The notes under the pieces were generated by a model. That model had not been told where the DNA came from. It made no database searches and saw only the letters and a program-made list of their open reading frames with translations. The position numbers and the translations under genes are program-made. Shown piece by piece: positions 40,850 to 53,894 of a stretch of DNA of 64,000 nucleotides. Origin of the DNA: Phoronis australis (Eukaryota; Animalia; Phoronida); the NCBI GenBank assembly GCA_002633005.1, contig NMRA01000138.1, positions 186,001 to 250,000 on the forward strand, given 5' to 3'. Each line of letters opens with the position of its first letter. The first letter of the stretch is position 1.

Positions 40850-42567
40850 AAACACTTAGTTTGCAAAGATGTCGACAAGCACTGATAAAAATCGTTCACA
40901 GTTCACCATTTTCTTTCTTTGTTCTAAAGCTAACCAATGACTGCCGAGGTTACATCAACCAGTGATAAAATGTGTGCTGTTGAATGATACCTACGTGTCC
41001 TCTACTCCCTAGCGGACACACAGGGAACCAGGGAGTGCTCCACTTGGATTGTAACTATTCTCACGTAGCAACACAAGTGCAGAAGTGCGCCCATACAAGC
41101 TTCACGTGTTGCAGAGGTTAGTTACATCATAGATTAAATTTATTGTTACATTCCCGTCACATGAGTAGAACTGATGTTTGCTATACAACTAAATTAAGTA
41201 ATCGAGCTGTAACCTGCAATGTGTAATTACCGAGTACGCGAAAGTTCAGTGTCGGTTGTAGTCAACCCGCCAGCACTCAGCACTTGACATAACGAGCAAG
41301 ACGAGTCTTTGGTCATCTTGTATCAAGTTTAAACATTCAATTCTTCACATGTACCGTTAGTATGTGAAAACTATCCTAACAGCATTTTTGAGACTGATGA
41401 ATAAATATTATTGGAATGTCAGTGAAATTCACAATGCCATTTTCCAGAACTTGTGTTTTATGTCGATTTGTCGAAGTCAAGAAAAAGCGGCAAATGTTAC
41501 AAGTCGACAAAATCTCAAGATTTCCAATTAATTATTCTGTGAAAACTTGTTTTGGTTCAAAATAACCTATACATGTTATTACCTTGTTGGATCATTTCAA
41601 CATTCACACAATGTAAAGTGCTGCGTGAGCATGAGATCGACAAAGCAAACGTCAAACACAAGACAGTCCTGCTGGTGACAGTTAACTTTTCACACTGCAC
41701 TGTTCAATCAACCTTTACTGCAAAGTTAATTTGCAATTTTGGACTGAAGTTACTAACCTTTCCCACTTACTCTTGTCATTGGAGAATTTCTAAATTACAC
41801 TCGTCAGTGCTGAAATTCCCTTTGCGCTCAGAGAACTAGTCAGCACGCCCTTTGTATTCAAGCTAATGAAGTGGAAAGGTAATGGCTAGCACTGCTTTCT
41901 CAACAGTAGTGGTTGTTATTACACCGAAAATTTCTCTGACATTTGCACAGAGATACAGCCTCAAATGTCGACAGTACAGGTTTGATGACATTTTAGAAAT
42001 TACAAAATAACTAAAAACGGAAACTTGGGTTCATCTTGACAAAGGGTCGTTTCCCAAACCATCGCTGGTTCTAAATATGTTTCAAAACTGTTTTAGTCAT
42101 TTTATTTTTGTTACTCCACTCCACTTTGTTACTGCCGGGTTCCTATCTTAAGATTTTATTTTTAAGCTAAAAGGGCCAAATCAGTGGCAGATTCTATCAT
42201 CAGTGAAACTTAGAAAGTCAGTTCTCGCCCACCGACCTACCTCATCTATTGCTTAGATTTTCTCATTGACATTGAAGCTAGCCATAGTTAATCTTGACGA
42301 CACGTATTTTATAGCCAGTCGATTACCAAATATCACAGTTTTCTGATGAGCCTGCTACTCCTCGAATAAAGTAGTTCGACGCCACTGGATGATATGCGCT
42401 GGCAAAAAGCTTTTCACATCTAATTCAGTCACCATGTGTTGTTTCTATTTGTCATAATGTAGTTTAGTTGTATACTAAAACTGGGTGGTAATTAATTATG
42501 ATCAGCACTTATGGATCCTCCAGTACATCAATACGCATGGCTGTTTATCTTTATTCCGTAACCAATA

Positions 42568-44083
42568 CCGTATTCACCATAATAACCGCCCGTGCCCCTA
42601 TAAGCGCCCCCCACGCGTTTTCAGACTTTGCTAAAATAAGCGCCCAGTCCATGAACGTGTACGTGCGAAAAATGCCTTACCTACAGTCCTAAAATTCTAC
42701 AGTAATGTCTTCAATTTATCAATAATATCCGACAGTCCTGAAAAAAATCATTGTGCGCAGAATTACGGTAGACCGCGAGCCTCGCCGCTATCTCCGTATT
42801 TAGCCATGACTATACAATTCAAACTTCGCCATGCCTCAAAACGAACACAAAAGTTTTGCTGATATTGCAAGGACCAATGGTCTGGCCTTTCAGAACAGAA
42901 GTAGTGTACTTGTCTACGGGATTGCTTTGTAGATATTTACCGCTTTCAACAGGAATCCAAATTTCTTTGTAGGCCTACACGTGAAAACCGCGAATCAAAG
43001 ACTAATAAAAAGCTTGGCCAGTGTTAAAAGCATGTGGCCAGGAAGCGTGCGCTACATACATGAACCTGTCCTAAAAGACATTAGTTGGGAACTATCCATT
43101 CATGAAACGGTAGCATAGCATCGGCAAGAAATGAATATTGGCACTAATTTCCGACAATTTCTAATACTGTAAAAAATGTTTGCGTTATTTTTAAGATGAA
43201 TTGTTTGATTAACCATATTTGGTGTTTTTAAGCCAATCCGATAAAATGACCACTGACAGTGAATGCTTACACACCCTTACACCGAAAAATAACAGTCAGA
43301 TAGTCACATACGCCGCATCCAGCCACATGGCGACTAATATGGCCTTACCGAGACAAATGTTGAACGTTTTTAGCGATATGAGACCGGCAAGTGCTGAATG
43401 AAACACACTCTGGTTTAGGCCTACTGCTTGTGCAAATTCCTTTAGATACAATGCACATCTAGCTCGTTAGATTGTGTGGCTCTGGCCAAAAGACGGTATC
43501 TGCTCTGGCAAATGAACTCTGGTGACACGCACGCGCTCGCTTACTCACAAACGCAGACAACTTCAAAACAAACGTCACGTGACAACAATTACATGTGTGT
43601 TCGTCCAGACATTTTTCTCATGTTGCCGATCATACATGTAGATGGCCCGATGTACTAGCACAGATTTGTACTTAAACCTGCCGTGATCCCGACTCCACCG
43701 GAACTTAAATATCTTAGGGATGCTACTTGGAAAACTTAAGGAGGATTTCAGGTAATTTGAGAAACTGTATTTTTATTCAAGCATTCAAGTCGCCATATCG
43801 ACGATTGCGAGGCAGGCAGTCAGCGAGTTTTCTCCCAGGGATTTCAGCACAATTTTCTATGAAATGATCGTAATTTAGCAGCAAAGTTTGATAGCAATGC
43901 ACCATGGTTTTGTAGAAAGTCTTTCATAGATTATAGATACATCACAGAGCGTAAATATGATGAATCTTAGCTTCCAATTTCACCCGTTTCGGAGACCAGG
44001 TTTCAACAGCCTTGGGTTATAATAAGCGCCCCCCTGAAACGAACTTTTCCAAGTGCCCTGGGCCGTTATTATGGCGAATACGG
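42568..44083 (-). mobile_element. 1.5-kb TA-flanked TIR element (pogo/Tc1-mariner-like termini) carrying a HIRAN-like remnant
   Basis: TA|CCGTATTCACCATAATAACCGCCC ... GGGCCGTTATTATGGCGAATACGG|TA; subterminal ATAAGCGCCC motifs at about 42600, 42636 and 44022; minus-strand IRGFHV*AYKEIWIPV...NPVDKY at about 42780-42998. Confidence 0.85.
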
Positions 44084-44974
44084 TAGTTGTTGTTTTTTAA
44101 GCTAATTCGGTCATCGATTTTCAAAAAATCTAAAAATCATACCATGTTGATTTTTTCAGCTGAATACTGCCGTAATGCTTATTGTTAACGAAAAGTATTG
44201 GTTTGAGCATTTTGAAAATTCTCCAATGTGTACAGGCAGAGATGCTGACTATACAGTTTATGGTCGGGTAATTACACATAATTAGGTGTTGCTGGCACTG
44301 GCAATGCGGTCATCACAACTGCGTCCGACTCTGGTGCCGCATTCGCTTTGATCCTGGTGCAAGACGCTCTGAACAAGGCTGAAGAAGCAGCAGTTAAAAT
44401 TCCAGCATATAGTTTAGAAATGTGTGTTTTCCTCGTAAGCGAGTTATTCATGGCATGGACACGTCTTAAACAGTGAGGCATCAAGTTGGTTTGAAAGGCC
44501 TTATTGGGCCTTTGTATCACTTCACAGCTTGAGAATACAGGTCAGAAGTCTGACTATCTCAGTCTGTGTCCTTCACCAAATCCTTAACAATGTATGACAT
44601 CAAACATTCCAATTTTTTGAGGTCACAGTTAGTCAGTGGCAAATATGACTAGAATCACCTTTACCAAAACAGCATTCACAAGGCAGAACATAAAGATGAA
44701 CAATCTGAGAACACCCTAACACCAACCCCTACTGGTAGCACTAACACAAATGCACCTAAGCCAACACCTGATACAACACAAATTACTTATCAAGTTAAAG
44801 AACAAGATTCCTCAGTGCACCTCATTATGGCCATGCTCTGCTTATCTGGACAGAACCATCCATAGAGATCTATAAATTAAAGGCCCCTGTCACTGTAATG
44901 GGGACAAAGGGCCCAGCTACTGAGATGGGATGCATTTTTAAATTCTTTCACTAGTATGTTTTTAGGTCACAAAA

Positions 44975-45962
44975 ATTTTTTGCCAAGTATGTTGCTCCGA
45001 CACTATACTTTTTTGGTTTGTTCACAAGATACAGGTCACAATTTATGTCCGATCTGCACAAAACTTACACAAAACCTGTAGTTTCAAAAGAGCTGGAAGC
45101 CTATTGTTTTTGTCATGACCGGATTCAAGATGGCAGACGTGGTGGCCTTTTTGTTTTCGAATTCAGATTCAATGCTCATAGAGGCTGTAAGTTTTGACGA
45201 ACACGGCTGAAAATCAATACGGCCTGTGGTACAGATGTGCCGGAAATCATTTACTTCTGGTTAAAGATGGTGGAAATAACGGCCATTGCGCATGCACACC
45301 TCAATTTTGGGATGAAAACGTTTTGTCAAATGGCATATTGTAGGACCAATTACTTCGAAACTTTTCATGTGTTAAGTTTCCTGTAGCCAACTATTACTGA
45401 ATGCTGCTTAACCGGAAGTTGCTTTCAAGATGGCAGATCAGTTGCGTTTTCATCCATTTTCATTCATGCTGGGGAGCCATTTTAAACAGGAAGAGCAAAT
45501 GATGTGAATTTTTGCATATGTATTCTTTGAGGTGTACTCTTTCAAATGATCTGTAACAATTTTTTTTCAGACTTACCATTCTTGAGTTATCTGACTTCCA
45601 ATTTCAAAAAAATTCAAAATTTGACATTTTTCAAAAATCTGTGGAATTTTGTGAAATTAATCTGCTAGATAGAGTTTTGAACGGGTTTTCACAACATGTT
45701 TTCCATTTTTTACTAGGACATCTTTCCTTTTCGAATTATTTGAGATTTTCTGATAACACTATTCCTTGTTGTTGACTGATTTCGCTGCACTGTTGTTGGT
45801 TTACCTTCTACTGAACAAGACTATAGCCTATTTCTTACTCATTTGTGACATCTTGTTCATCATATGAATGTTATCATGATCATCATTGCCACCATCATCA
45901 TCATCATCATTGTCATCATCATCACCTCCATTGAGGTCTTTTCAGTTAATGTCGCCAAGTGT
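44975..45962. repeat. Dispersed repeat of about 1 kb, copy B; preceded by a Kolobok-like TTAA|AGGCCCCTGTCACTGTAA end at 44877
   Basis: Colinear with 9013-9975 in the same orientation; (CAT)n at about 45870-45925. Confidence 0.85.
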
Positions 45963-47206
45963 CCGTCTGAATGCTTTCATTATAAATTTGGTAAGTCAAT
46001 ATTCAGATTAAAGTAGGATTTTTCTACTTCCTGACAAATACAGGTTTTGACAGACCCCTTACCAGCATAAAATTAGTCTCGTCTTTGTTCCTTAATCAAT
46101 TTAGAAATGATCACTACAATCAAGAACTAATAACACTTCCTTATTCCATAGTTCAAGCTCATAACATTTCAGCTCACACCTACTTTGAATAAGGAGCAGT
46201 TTGTGACCAATTTCATTATAGAAAGTGGCCTAAACTAACACTTGAGTTTTTGACAGAAAGCGTGGGATTAAAGCTGCTTTTAAGCAGCATATAAATGGGG
46301 TAAGAAATGATTACTTTTTGTTCGGTGTAGAGTCTGGTGTGGCATAGTCTACATGTTATGACACAATTTAAAAAAATCAAAAATCACCCACGCAGGCTAG
46401 CGATGAACAAATTTCCAATAAGGACTAGCCATCAACACAGCTTAGATTTTCTTGAAATCCTGGGGGATAGGGTTGGATTTGGATTGATTTTGTCAGATGA
46501 AATATAAAACTAAACTTTTAAACCCTTAAGAAACTGTGCACAATTTTATCTCATGGTATAAACATGGGTCTCATTACTTCAGGGCAAAATGAACTTTGCC
46601 AAGTCAGTTGCTTTGTCATCGTTAATGCAGGAGCATAAGTCTTTTGTTTACAAGACTTTGTGTCCAACAGGGACATTGTATGTACGTGTTAGGGCGTTTC
46701 ACCTGTGTTTTCCCTCGTTCGCCAACACTGCGCTTAAGAGCACTGAGACTCAAACTGACCTAGTTAATGGACCACTGAGGCTACATGTGGGCGTCCAATT
46801 TACGTCAAAGAAGAGATTTAACAATGCAAATTCCAGGTTTAAAAAGATGTACATAGCCCGTGCTTTTTTAGTTTCCTCTTACTGTTGTTGCCTTAAAGAC
46901 ACCTTCTTTATATGGGATACTCATTCCGAAATTCTTCACTTAAAGTTATAGCAAACCTTGTTTAGTGGCCTCCATTCTAACTCGTATATCAAAAAACTGG
47001 CTTTGTCAACTAGTAAAAGTATCAGGAGTACTTTGCAGGCTAATTACCAGATTAAAAAACTCAAACTACACAGCTATTTTACATAAAAGTATGCAAACAT
47101 TGGCCTTTGTGCACAGGGAATCTTGAATCTTCACTTAGATAAGTGTGGTGCCTTGGGTTTTTCGTCAACCAGCCTTAATTGGTATTGAAATGCCACTAGT
47201 AGCTTC

Positions 47207-47275
47207 ATCTAACCAAATCATATTCATACAGCTTAATACTTTATCTAACCAAATCATATTCATACAGCTTAATAC
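47207..47275. repeat. Tandem duplication, 36-bp period
   Basis: ATCTAACCAAATCATATTCATACAGCTTAATAC x2. Confidence 0.95.
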
Positions 47276-48684
47276 CAAAAGTGCATTTTACAATCAATGA
47301 TACCGAAAACGACTGCAAACCACCAACCAATATCACCTTTAGATCAGCATACCTGATTTCTGTTTTTTCCCATCGACTGTTAATAAATATAATTAAAACC
47401 ATAACTATTGTAAACAAGGATTCACAATTTTACATGCACACAATTAAACATAAAGCTTTAAGTCAAATAAGACAAACCTGCACTTTGGACCTATTCAGCT
47501 GTCAACGTTGAATTCTTAACTGAAGCGCACTGGTATTTAAAAATGTTACCATGCTTCTACGATTTTGAAGTGCTGTGAAAGAGCTGTCACAGGCAATACA
47601 TACATGCGCCATTTTCGAATCTGCAATTTTAGGGTAGGCCGACCTCAATAAATTCTGAAACGTTTTCTTGAGTTACTAATGGTTGCAAAGTTTTTTTAAT
47701 CTTTTAGTTGGTAATTAACAACATGATATCAGCAATTCTTGGAACTGGAAAAGTGACGTGCTCAATGGGTCATACTTCCCATATTTAAGTAACAGTAGTT
47801 TTTATTAATTTTTTTATAGAAATTACCTGAAAAGGCTCAAAATACCTTTTGTAATAAAGCGGTACAAATCTGTGTTCTCTGCAAAAAGCGAACTTTTGCT
47901 TTTGACTAATTACAGTAATGAAATTGATCTCAACTTGCTCATGCTCAGATGAGAAGTGATTTTTGGTCTGCAAAGAACTCAGCCAGTTCATTATTCATTG
48001 AAGCCATCCTTGGTGCATAAAATGATATGTCAAAATGACCAATAACAAATATAACAAACTGTTGCTTCTTTCGAAGCCTTGAAATTATCTCCAATTTCAC
48101 TATAAGCACCAATTTGAGACCAACTTCATACAGATAACTCTGTGGTCTAAACCAAATGGATGTGATGGAAGGTGGATTTATTGAGGCTTTAACTCACTAA
48201 AATGTGCTAAAATTGACCAAAAAGTCCTTCAAAAAGTTGTCATCTCCCTTGCTCATTTAAACCTTTATGAAAACGCAAATGACGGAGGTCTTAAAATTCA
48301 CAAGGTGGCAATCACGTAATCACATGGGACCCTCATCATATGAATATCCCCATGATGATTAGTGCGTCTGCTCTCAATGTAGGTTACAATTTTCTTCATC
48401 AGCACTTCCTAATAAATATTGAGCCCCCATTCAAAACTTACGGGTAGCACAATGTCTGTAGACTTTTAACTTCAAATGGCCAGCAAGAAACCTGACTTGC
48501 ATCACAAAAGAACAACTTTTGATTTGGACCGCTTATCATTATGAAACTGATCTCAAATCGTTCCATTGCCAAAAATGGAGGTAACTTACCAATCTCACAA
48601 ACTTCACTGAAGTTCAGGTAGGGGAATATGTCTGATATGCATAGGTTCAGATGTGCCCTGAACAAAATTTCAATTTTCACTCAC

Positions 48685-48858
48685 CTAAATCTTTGGCCCT
48701 CTGCTTCTCTTTACTGACTTTTTTTTTCGGCTTGTCAATACATGGAAAACCACCGCAGTTGGCAAAGCAAAGTGTCTTGTTCAGGCAGAGAAAAAACAAA
48801 ACGAGTAGAAGCAGAAGCCCTACGACTGCACCGAGGAAACCCCACGTAGCCGGTGGTA
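48685..48858 (-). CDS. SYT14: Synaptotagmin-14/16-like, transmembrane exon (VPPATWGFLGAVVGLLLLLVLFFLCLNKTLCFANCGGFPCIDKPKKKVSKEKQRAKDLG)
   Basis: Acceptor TGTCTATTTCAG|TA and donor TTAG|GTGAGT; 174 nt, phase 1-1. Hydrophobic helix followed by NK.LCF.N.GGFP, matching the SYT14 juxtamembrane motif as I recall it. An in-frame ATG at 48871 (MSISV) could be the start. Confidence 0.88.
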
Positions 48859-49956
48859 CTGAAATAGACATAAAGTAAAATGAAGAACTCCCACATACTG
48901 GACAGCCGTACTGAAATAGACATAGCAACTCACATGAGGAATTCCCATGTAGGCGGCGGTATACTGAAATAGACATAGATTCTAATCTATTTTAAAAAAT
49001 GAGGGCTTCCACATTGCTGATGTCACTGAAAAAGACCTAGGACAAGAGAGCAATGCGGAGCATCAATTATCCATCCCCATTGGTGTATCACAAATAGAAT
49101 GCTTACAAAGAGTGTTCAGAATAATGACCAGCCCACCCTGACAATACCCCCAAGAAAGGCCAGTACTCAGGAGTCTAGGATCTGTGCAGGAATGTCTTTG
49201 TGTGTCTTTTGTGAATCAGCTGACCAAACACAAAGTTGTTGCCAAGCAATGCTAATCAAACACAATACAACCACCAACACTGTTATCAGAATCATCATCC
49301 GCATCAAAAGTCAGAATCCATGGTTGAACCACGTAAGTCCACCCAACCTTTTTTATGTACAAGAAATCAAATTTCTCATTGTCTGGCTTGTTACATGAGT
49401 GAGTGATTGCATGTGGTCTCAGGAGTATGCATAGGCAAAAACCAGAAATCAGGTGCAACCTTAACTAAGGTAGTGGGGGAATTCATGGTTGATTATCTTT
49501 TTGCCACCTGTACAAGATTTAAGTGCTGTTTACACACAGACTAATCCTAGAAAATTAGTTAGTCCTGGGATGAATTGTCCCCAGGTTTGGAGGCTGTTTC
49601 GATGTTATTAATAGTTGGGTAACTTGCACCACTTGTAGTTCATGTGTCCCAGCAAACCTGGCACAATATGCCAATAATCATCAACTGCACACTTGCACAG
49701 TTACATACATAGAGACAGTCAAGTAGCCACCTACTTGGGATGGTTGAAATACCTGAGCAAACCATGTTTTTGGAGGCAGACTATATGCGATTTCAAGCCT
49801 ATACACATTACCTAATGGTATTAAGTTGTCCAACCAATCAGGATTATTTGTATTCACTTTTTCGCACTTCTGATAGACTACCCCAATTACCATGTTCAAT
49901 TTATAGTCTATCAAATCCCTAAAGGCCTTTTCAAACTGACTTTAAACTATGGTCTG

Positions 49957-50304
49957 AGTGGAGCGTAGACGTAAACTACTAAGTTAACTAAACCATTCAT
50001 ACTGGCTTCAGTAGTTAGTGGACATCGAAGTTAACGGCAGGTGACGCTGTTGTCATCGAAGAAATCGTATGCACTGCTCAATAGGTTTTTTAAATGTAAC
50101 AATTTGGGAACATTTACATGTGCTAATTGACATAAAACTTAATTTTAATTTTAATTTGATTGGTGATTATTCAAGCAAAATATAATAACTATTAGCAACT
50201 ACACTACCCTTTTTAATTGTTGATGATAACAGTGGCACCTGGCGATAACTTCAATGGGACCAAAGTGGACCGTTCATACTGCACCGCAGCGTCGACGCTC
50301 CGCT
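49957..50304. mobile_element. MITE with AG(C/T)GGAGCGT(C/A)GACG TIRs, termini related to the 53392 element
   Basis: AGTGGAGCGTAGACG versus CGTCGACGCTCCGCT (13/15 inverted match). Confidence 0.55.
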
Positions 50305-52732
50305 ATTAAATCCACATGTTTATTGGGAAGTTAACTGGCGCTGTTAATTTCGATCCAGGACTGAGGTTAACCGTTCATATTGACTGCAACTCCCCATAAC
50401 ATCGATGCGTCGAGGCTGGTATGAAAGGCCCCTAAGACTGCATCATGGCTATTCTTCGTTACATACGCCAACATAGCTGAATCATAAATGCAAAGCCAGT
50501 AGGAGTGTTCAGCCAGATGTTGGACAGGCACCATAAGGATGCCAAACAGCAACGCTACCCACATGTGTAGGTGTAGGTACATAACATTGGGTGGCAGAAA
50601 TGGACACAAGAGAAACTCCCCGTGCCAGCAGTGGTAAAAAATAATGAAACTTTGCCCAGCTGTTAGTACTGAAATAAATAAAATAAATGTAATGGTTAGA
50701 AATTTTATATGATCACCATCGCTTGGTTAGTGCTATGGTCATAAAACACCACTTGTGATAATGTGTCACAAATATAGTCAGTATTTGCAAAAAACAGGAA
50801 GTTGCTGGATATTATTTTCCAGAGAAGTAACTGCTGTAATTTCCATGATTCAAACTGCTTCCCATAATTGGCTAAAACTAAAATTAAGCCATGTCATTTG
50901 CAGCTGTCAATATTTGCTATAAGCCGAGATGAAATATGTACAAAAACGTTCATGTATCACATGAAATTTGTTTCCTACATAAAAAAATATTGATTTCAGT
51001 AAGCTAGGGATACAATTACAGTTGCACATAGCGAGATCTGTTTACACAAAACAATGGACTCTATTACCGTAGCCAAGTTCACCTCTGTAGCGTGTTTTGT
51101 GTTGCAAAATTCAATGTTTTCAGCGTTTATGATTCATAAGATTATGTATCTTCAATTTTGATTACTGTTGTATTCAATGTTTTAAAAATTTAAGTGTGGT
51201 GTTATATGTATTCAATCTGTTTTATATTTGTGTTCGATAATGTCATGTTTTCCTTCGATGACGGAACTCTGGGTCAGAAAATTGAAACGATGGCAATGAT
51301 TGGTCTGCAGTGTTTCATACCTCTCCACTTGCAGGACTTCAACTTTTTGACAAGCGGTCAGGCTTCCCAGGGCCCAAGGTCTGGAGGTGGTGGTTTGTTG
51401 GGTGTTCAGTGTCAGAACCAAGTTCTTCACGAAACAGCGCGTCAATGGACTCAATGGAGTATAAATGGGTATTTATCCGTTGCATAAGATCCTTCACCAC
51501 CTCTAAATCGCCTAAACTGAATGGTGTTCACAAGTATGGATAAATTGGCTAAATTGTCGAAAAAATAAGGAACCAGGGACTCAGGTTTGGTAGCCACCAT
51601 ATTAATGAATTTGAGAACCAATCACAGCGGTCGATTCATACTACCTAGAATTCTGTTACTGAACACATAAAATGAAACATCGGCTATATCTTTGGAAACA
51701 TTGAACACCTAGTTAATCGCACACAAATACCGGTATATTTTATTATGGAATACAAAAATGTTAACACCAAATATACAAAGAATAAAATCAAATATAAATA
51801 TAAGATATCTAATCTATATAGCATCAGACATAAATTTTTGAACATTGAATTTTGCAACTCATAACACGCCATACAGGTCAGACAGTAAAATTTTGCCTTC
51901 ACTATGTACATCTCATTTGCACATTCATCATGCAGACACCAAAATTCTTTACGGAAAGGTATAAGATCACACCCCAGGTCTGCAGGTTCTTTCCCAAACA
52001 AGTGGGGTAACAGAAAATTATACTGGAGTCAATACCAAGACTATATGAATCATTACGGTTGCCAACATTTCAAAATGAGAAAACAGGACATCTCGATCTA
52101 GGTTACCAGTCAGCCACATAGCACTTACAGCCGATGAGCTTCTTAGTTATCTGCGAAATGGAACATAGAAACAACAGAAAAAATTGTTAAAAAGCACAAA
52201 AATGTGTATGGCAGTGCATTAACACACCAGGCAAGTACACAAATGCCGTCTCAGATGTCAAGAAGTAGGTGATTCTGTGGCACAGTGTAGCTTGAAAAGC
52301 AGGATGGTCTTGCCAAAAGTGATACAGTTGGAAACTATGCTGTACCTCCCTCCTCCCAGGTGGTCCAAATAAACATCACCAACAAGAGAGGTCAATTCTT
52401 CAACAATTTAGCAAATATGAGTTGAGTAATTCTCAAAAGAAGTCATGTTGTGTACCAACTCAACAGTTTTACATTGGAATGACGAACAGGATAATGCTCA
52501 AGTCGAAGGATCCCGACGATACGATACCGCATTCAAATTGGAGATCGGTGATTTACAAGTGAGAGAAAAATGAGAGATAAGTTTCACTGAATTAAAGTAT
52601 CGTTTTTATGGAAATTATGCATTTTACTTTTCATAGCATAAAAATGTCGGTATAATGCCCTTTGTTGAACAATTAAAGCGATTGTTGCGCGTGCTCATTT
52701 AAGTATTCTATTTTCACGTTCGATGACGTCAG

Positions 52733-52805
52733 CCGCTGAGTGGTGTAGTGGTAAAGTCAACGACTCGAAACTCTTGCGGACCGGGTTCGAAACCGGCCTC
52801 AATTC
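52733..52805 (+). other. tRNA-derived Pol III promoter (SINE head or tRNA pseudogene)
   Basis: A box TGGTGTAGTGG (52741-52751), B box GGTTCGAAACC (52784-52794) within a CCGG stem; anticodon arm does not pair. Confidence 0.6.
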
Positions 52806-53498
52806 CCACCAAAATGTTATCTCACTAGTGAGATAACTAAATGGGTTATTACACGGTTGTATTGGGCATTCGCGGCTGATATTGTGGTATAAAACAGCAT
52901 TTGGTAAAATTTCAAATATTTGCAACTAAGTAGTAAATATCCGTAACTCCTTCAATGGGAAAGCTCACCAGGTTTTAGCCCACTCAACTACTATATAACA
53001 TGAGAAATAGTACAGTGCAATAAGAGTCTCACCCAGTGGCAATGTAGGTGGCAGTGATTGTAGAAAAGAGTAGGTCTTAGATAGTGGCCCCTTGAGTGTT
53101 TCCACAAACAATCCATAGATCACATGAGATTTGATAGAGCAGATAAGACACATAAATTTAATCACAGAGTGCTGGTTATAAGAAAAAAGACAATTTATAC
53201 ACAGCTGGAAGAAATTAACCACAGGGTAACACAAGTGAATCTTGGATGATCAGTAAAACTGGGGAGGGCACTCTCACATTACTGAACTTTACTGTGTGAC
53301 ACTAAATGAGAAAACTGGTAAACGGAGTTTCTACAAATAGTTGCTGATAACTCAAGGACCATGAGAAATTGACCCCCTGCTAATTTGTTTCAATAGCGGA
53401 GTTGCAACGCCGCCATATTGGAAATGGGTCAGAATGTTGCATTGTGGTTAAGCTGGTAAACAAGTACGTCGGCAAGCGTGGGGGCGAACCGGCCACAG

Positions 53499-53736
53499 GG
53501 AGGTTATACGTGTTGTGTGCCTGGCATGCTATAATACCAGTTAGCGAAATAAAAAAATAGTTACTACCTGTTTCCCAAGGATCAAGAACTGCGTTAAACA
53601 TGGGTCAGAGACATCGGTAGAGCTGGTAGCAAAAGGCCGACTTCGTGAATTCTTTCCGACTTCGTAGCATGTGTGCAGCGCTCATTTTGAGGGCGGCAAG
53701 AAAACGTATCTTAGAAACTGCCCAACAATATCTCCC
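53499..53736 (+). pseudogene. THAP zinc-finger domain remnant
   Basis: Across frameshifts: GGYTCCVPG(C)YNTS*RNKKI..YLFPKDQELR*TWVRDIGRAG...HVCSAHFEGGKKTYLRNCPTISP, i.e. C2CH with the conserved FP, W, CS.HF and PTI. Confidence 0.82.
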
Positions 53737-53894
53737 TTCAAAGAAACAGTAACAAATACTCCACGGCGGTTGGTAGTGAAAAAAAAAACTTGTTTTCGCT
53801 TGACCAGAACCAAGCCAACATGAGCAATTTTGAGGATAATGCCTCTGCACAATCACCTGTTCTGGGTCGACTCACTTAACGTATGCTCACTATA

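Noticed and set aside
52733-52805. Functional tRNA gene
   Set aside because: The anticodon and acceptor stems do not pair convincingly.
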